Origin: an uncultured Rhabdochlamydiaceae bacterium
GTDB taxonomy: Bacteria; Chlamydiota; Chlamydiia; Chlamydiales; Rhabdochlamydiaceae
DNA: 64,000 bases
Reading direction: 5' to 3'
NCBI GenBank assembly: GCA_963712275.1
Contig: CAVQHD010000001.1
Coordinates: forward strand, 640,001 to 704,000
In this document: positions 61,401-64,000 of the stretch, one piece after another
Numbering within the stretch: position 1 is the first letter of the stretch
Layout: each line of letters opens with the position of its first letter
The notes under the pieces: model-generated
Told to the model about the DNA's origin: nothing
Database searches by the model: none
Seen by the model: only the letters and a program-made list of their open reading frames with translations
Program-made: the position numbers and the translations under genes

Positions 61401-62178
61401 GGGAGATTTTTTTTAACTCTTGTTCATTGATGTCTCTTTGCATCAAAAAAAAAGACCTCAAATTCAAAGAACGAGCAGGATTTGTCGATGGGATTTTTAG
61501 CTGATCTTGAATCGCTTGAAGCTCTTCATGGAGTTGGTAAATCTGTTCAATGGCCAAGTCTTCATTTTCAGGGGCTTCTTTATTGCTAAGGTCGGAGATG
61601 TGCTGTTCCAAAGCTTGGACTTGAGTATGGTAGTGCTTATATAATTGCGACTGGAGCGGACCTTGGAGCAGACTTAGGGGTATCTTGGCGTTAAGTGCAA
61701 GTGTGCGCTTAATTTTTTCGACTTCGACAAAGGTAGAGTTTAAACATTGAACAAGATTGCCTGCTCGAGTAAGAGGATCGAGAGGTAGTTCTTTGAGCTC
61801 CGGGGAGGATTTATTTGCTGCAGGAGATTGCCCAGCAAGGGTTGAGAAACGAGTAAAAAATTCTCCTAGTGTGAGGGAGTGCTGATGAATTTGGTCGCAA
61901 GTTCCTCCTTGGCCCTTGGCTATGAAAGTGTTGGCATATTCATTGAGATCTTTTTGATGCTCTTTTCCGATTTCAACAATTGTTTGCTGAATACACTTGG
62001 AATCGTACAGGTAGTAGCAGATCCAGCTGACGACGTGACCTGCCAAAGGGATCTTTGTGTACCAGCATAGAGCAAGTACCTTGCGCTGGTTATCCACAAT
62101 TTGAACGGTTAAATCGGTTAAATACGACGCCTTGATTAAAGCCTCGTAATTTTGCCTTAAGAAATCAGTTTTGTTCAT
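58408..62178 (-). CDS. Large helical candidate effector with two F-box-like modules
   Basis: LPNLPPETFNRIFSYVP...VSKTW and FSTLSEETQQSIFQDLSNDDL. Confidence 0.6.
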   Translation of the reverse strand: MNKTDFLRQNYEALIKASYLTDLTVQIVDNQRKVLALCWYTKIPLAGHVVSWICYYLYDSKCIQQTIVEIGKEHQKDLNEYANTFIAKGQGGTCDQIHQHSLTLGEFFTRFSTLAGQSPAANKSSPELKELPLDPLTRAGNLVQCLNSTFVEVEKIKRTLALNAKIPLSLLQGPLQSQLYKHYHTQVQALEQHISDLSNKEAPENEDLAIEQIYQLHEELQAIQDQLKIPSTNPARSLNLRSFFLMQRDINEQELKKISRFCKLISRLNPNQSALQSLYDQLHPIAEEHRKKLNQKVIRFATQSTWDEEVEEEKISKIKAYYQTVENFAAQTHQIGTLSKSPKRINRAILDLKNNFVETALKTAALTLKKISNDRSDLEQVARLDRLLQILSPPLGSDSKKIAHRIQHLAQKYNALKAAERLNQLTAAQLKDRVVELCCKHEKQTELDKFLTAKKTQKKIQSLQEPINSFSEFYPYLMSHLQACLQKVQNNSNFSTLSEETQQSIFQDLSNDDLFKFAKKYPEAEKSVEKALARCTPKAFSSLIDDLLRQIIACSDASQIHSQAVCDKLNQMKTEALTQAPPQNLTEALDYLKKQQEALIHTLSIADVSILNSIELHCTSSYIGNPKIWMKKKSMEDDCHCEVHHALGIAATLSRYYQFMKSHEKDLSPTDKDVMEIFNTLLARDLIKAANLLLRMPRRDEREAKAVKSALLKIRDQTTKTGEKPFARLPNYPQRQQFLTLASRLFQESPLAELAEELDLKSFQGKSWEEIRVQFANQSIALTEKPELANHPETLQLRDAAGWIIRSDYFQKEKPLLVLCCQKFYKQLVSGLPNLPPETFNRIFSYVPAGYDQTVSKTWVTYAEDSIAHQVPSRFFQLVDLLIKQLRDPLAIQALQALEKKTPPQTTAEARAYLKDQLQQTVHALSKAPRKELEKINVGPFTTYFILFGIHPSDQNTPCAVKKLVEKSSFWSFYHYEVLLMKKFKMNAFTKDAFRCLAEENSEKAIDIIIRAPNEKNLEKKQIGKFVSWLADLSQKNSSRYDEDLFSILPPSAKKDLFLDIAARTCVKIYGEEYATFSIEAILKMVDGIVNSAIQETTLVKIAALTLTTADLLQPLFTQICQRMEKYGASGKTRLFSALALEAIRLLEATRLIGYPERSAISFALEIPDLTIRVDVLKKCLSMKELWNASSLKEVLVALEHIPNKALFAEQIVDLIDKNLSKLEHPEALLPYIEDEKLKQVAKTLIEVKRRPSLSI

Positions 62179-62292
62179 TACTGATGTTTATGACGATCCC
62201 GTCGGCGCCGTTTTTTGCGCTTATGTTTCGCCATTTTATATTTTCTTTTTTTCTTAACTGATGACATATAACTTTATATCCATTTTTAAATT

Positions 62293-63858
62293 TTATATTG
62301 CAGGCTCTGTTTTTTGCTCAGAAGCAGCGGGCTGTAGAACGTTCACTTTTTCTTCATGAGCAACGAGGGATTGGAACTGTTTCCCCAGATAGGAGACAGC
62401 GACCATCCACGCCGCAATAACGATGAGCAAAATGAAGGCAACGTAGGGAAGAGTTGCAGAGACGGTTCCAACAAACACTAAGAGGGCTTGGTAAATGAGG
62501 GCGCTTCCTGACTTCCCGAGTCTGGATCCAATGCCATCAATCGCTGTTTTCCCTTTCAGCTTGGATTCTTTGCTCAAAGGGACAAAGGCGAGCTCTTTTG
62601 TAGCGTCAAAGATGGTGTATTTTGAAGCTCTGGAGATCGTTTGCTGCATCGATCCAAAGAGAATGCCGATGAGATGAGGCGCGGTTCCAAAAAAGGCGGC
62701 GATGGCAATTCCCATGGAAGTATCTTTCATGAGAAGGAAAGAGAAAAATCCAACGCCTGTTACGAGGAGTAAAAAGGGTGGTATCATGGCGTGGAGCGTC
62801 CAAGAAAATCGCCTGATTGTCATGCTTGTGATGATAGCAAAAATTGTGGAGACAATGCCGACCCACATGGTTACTTTTCCACTATAGGCATTAAAGTCAT
62901 TGGTTTGAGGGCATAGATGGAGGAGTTGATCTTTCCAGGTGACTTCGGTCAAATTAATACAAATATTATAAGTCAGCACAATGGTTGCAATACAAAGAAG
63001 ATATTTAGAACTTGCTAAATACTGAAAATTTTTCCGCAGGCTCATTTTGACGGGAGATTCAGAGGTATCGACTGCTAAACACTGTTTGTAGTTGGGATTT
63101 TGAATAATGTTTTTGTGAAGCCAACGGAAAATTCCCATGACAATGAGGCCGCTCAAAATGACAATCGAAGTCAAAAATATCAAAGAATACTGCCAAGGGT
63201 CGGTGCCAGTTCCAATGGTCCATTTTCCAGCAAGGGAGGAGACAAAGGTAGCAACACTGCCTGCACAAATCGCAGAAATATTTCCGCCAAATAAAATCAA
63301 AATATAAAACCGTTTAGCAGTTTTAACATCTAAAATTTCATTGGCAAATCCCCAAAATAAAAGAGTCATGATGGTGGTACTCCAGAGCTCTGCCATGACA
63401 TAGAAAGCGGTATAGGTCCAATTTCGAAAGATGGCGACAAGCCCTTTCAAACCAAGGGGAAGAAGACTTTCCAGCTTATCGGCAAATTGGTGGGGATGGA
63501 GAACATCTCGTAATGGATAAACAACAAATGCAAACAAGATGAAAAACCCAAGAAAAATGGACATGATGGTGTAAAAAACTTTTTCAGTTTTATACTTATT
63601 TGCAAGACGCGTAAAGAGAAGGGTCATCAGCAGGGCCATTGGTAAAATCACCCACACCTTCATAAAAGGGAGAATTTCGGCTCCTGAAGAGGGAGCTGTG
63701 ATGACGAGGGCATCTTTGGCGGGACGAAGAATATTATAATTAAAACAGATGAAAAAATAGATCAGCTGAAGTGGAAGAAATAATTTCAGCTCACTCTTAT
63801 GGACAGGACAAAACCAGGAGCGAAAACGACCAAATTCCTGGGTAGTGTCAGTGGCCAT
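62293..63858 (-). CDS. NTT/TLC-family nucleotide transporter (ATP/ADP translocase family)
   Basis: FNYNILRPAKD, GAEILPFMKVW, FYVMAELW, FWGFANE, KGKTAIDGIGSRLGKSGSA. Confidence 0.93.
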   Translation of the reverse strand: MATDTTQEFGRFRSWFCPVHKSELKLFLPLQLIYFFICFNYNILRPAKDALVITAPSSGAEILPFMKVWVILPMALLMTLLFTRLANKYKTEKVFYTIMSIFLGFFILFAFVVYPLRDVLHPHQFADKLESLLPLGLKGLVAIFRNWTYTAFYVMAELWSTTIMTLLFWGFANEILDVKTAKRFYILILFGGNISAICAGSVATFVSSLAGKWTIGTGTDPWQYSLIFLTSIVILSGLIVMGIFRWLHKNIIQNPNYKQCLAVDTSESPVKMSLRKNFQYLASSKYLLCIATIVLTYNICINLTEVTWKDQLLHLCPQTNDFNAYSGKVTMWVGIVSTIFAIITSMTIRRFSWTLHAMIPPFLLLVTGVGFFSFLLMKDTSMGIAIAAFFGTAPHLIGILFGSMQQTISRASKYTIFDATKELAFVPLSKESKLKGKTAIDGIGSRLGKSGSALIYQALLVFVGTVSATLPYVAFILLIVIAAWMVAVSYLGKQFQSLVAHEEKVNVLQPAASEQKTEPAI

Positions 63859-64000
63859 ACTATAATTGCGTTCCTCCGAGTGAACGGAATGTGAAACATT
63901 ATACCTAATTCGGCTTATTTGACAAGGAAAGTTAAATGTAATTAAATTTTTTTATTAACTTTGGTGTATCAGTGATTTAAACTTTTTGCTTTGCGCTTCT

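Noticed and set aside
1..64000. CRISPR array or cas genes
   Set aside because: No regularly spaced repeat-spacer series was seen; the TnpB has IS context, not an array.

Overview
64 kb of chromosome from an environmental Chlamydiota-like obligate intracellular bacterium. The assignment is inferred from a tandem-domain ThyX, a chlamydial-type PBP2, an NTT nucleotide carrier, two TyrP permeases, and the dus-yggT-hypothetical-hypothetical-MORN-ygfA and rpsB-tsf-pyrH-frr-tRNA blocks. Housekeeping genes are interleaved with: (i) four ~165-172 bp palindromic elements inserted at TA/TTA/TAA sites at or near gene starts, two translated in frame inside proteins and two being homologs whose stems were rewritten while pairing was kept; (ii) an uncharacterised glycan/small-molecule modification cluster (GT2, AsnB-type amidotransferase, NAD-dependent epimerase, GT4, radical SAM/SPASM, WG-repeat O-methyltransferase); (iii) a non-autonomous IS607-type element with an atypical TnpB that appears to split a TPR + LanM-dehydratase-like gene; (iv) candidate host-ubiquitin effectors (U-box-like, tandem Cys-to-Ser pseudo-OTU, double F-box-like); (v) toxin-antitoxin and defence modules (orphan HipA, DUF4258/HTH, AbiE, two AAA/PD-(D/E)XK proteins, Rpn); (vi) a REC-degenerate GGDEF protein with an intact RxxD site. 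All calls were made by eye from motifs; no searches were run.
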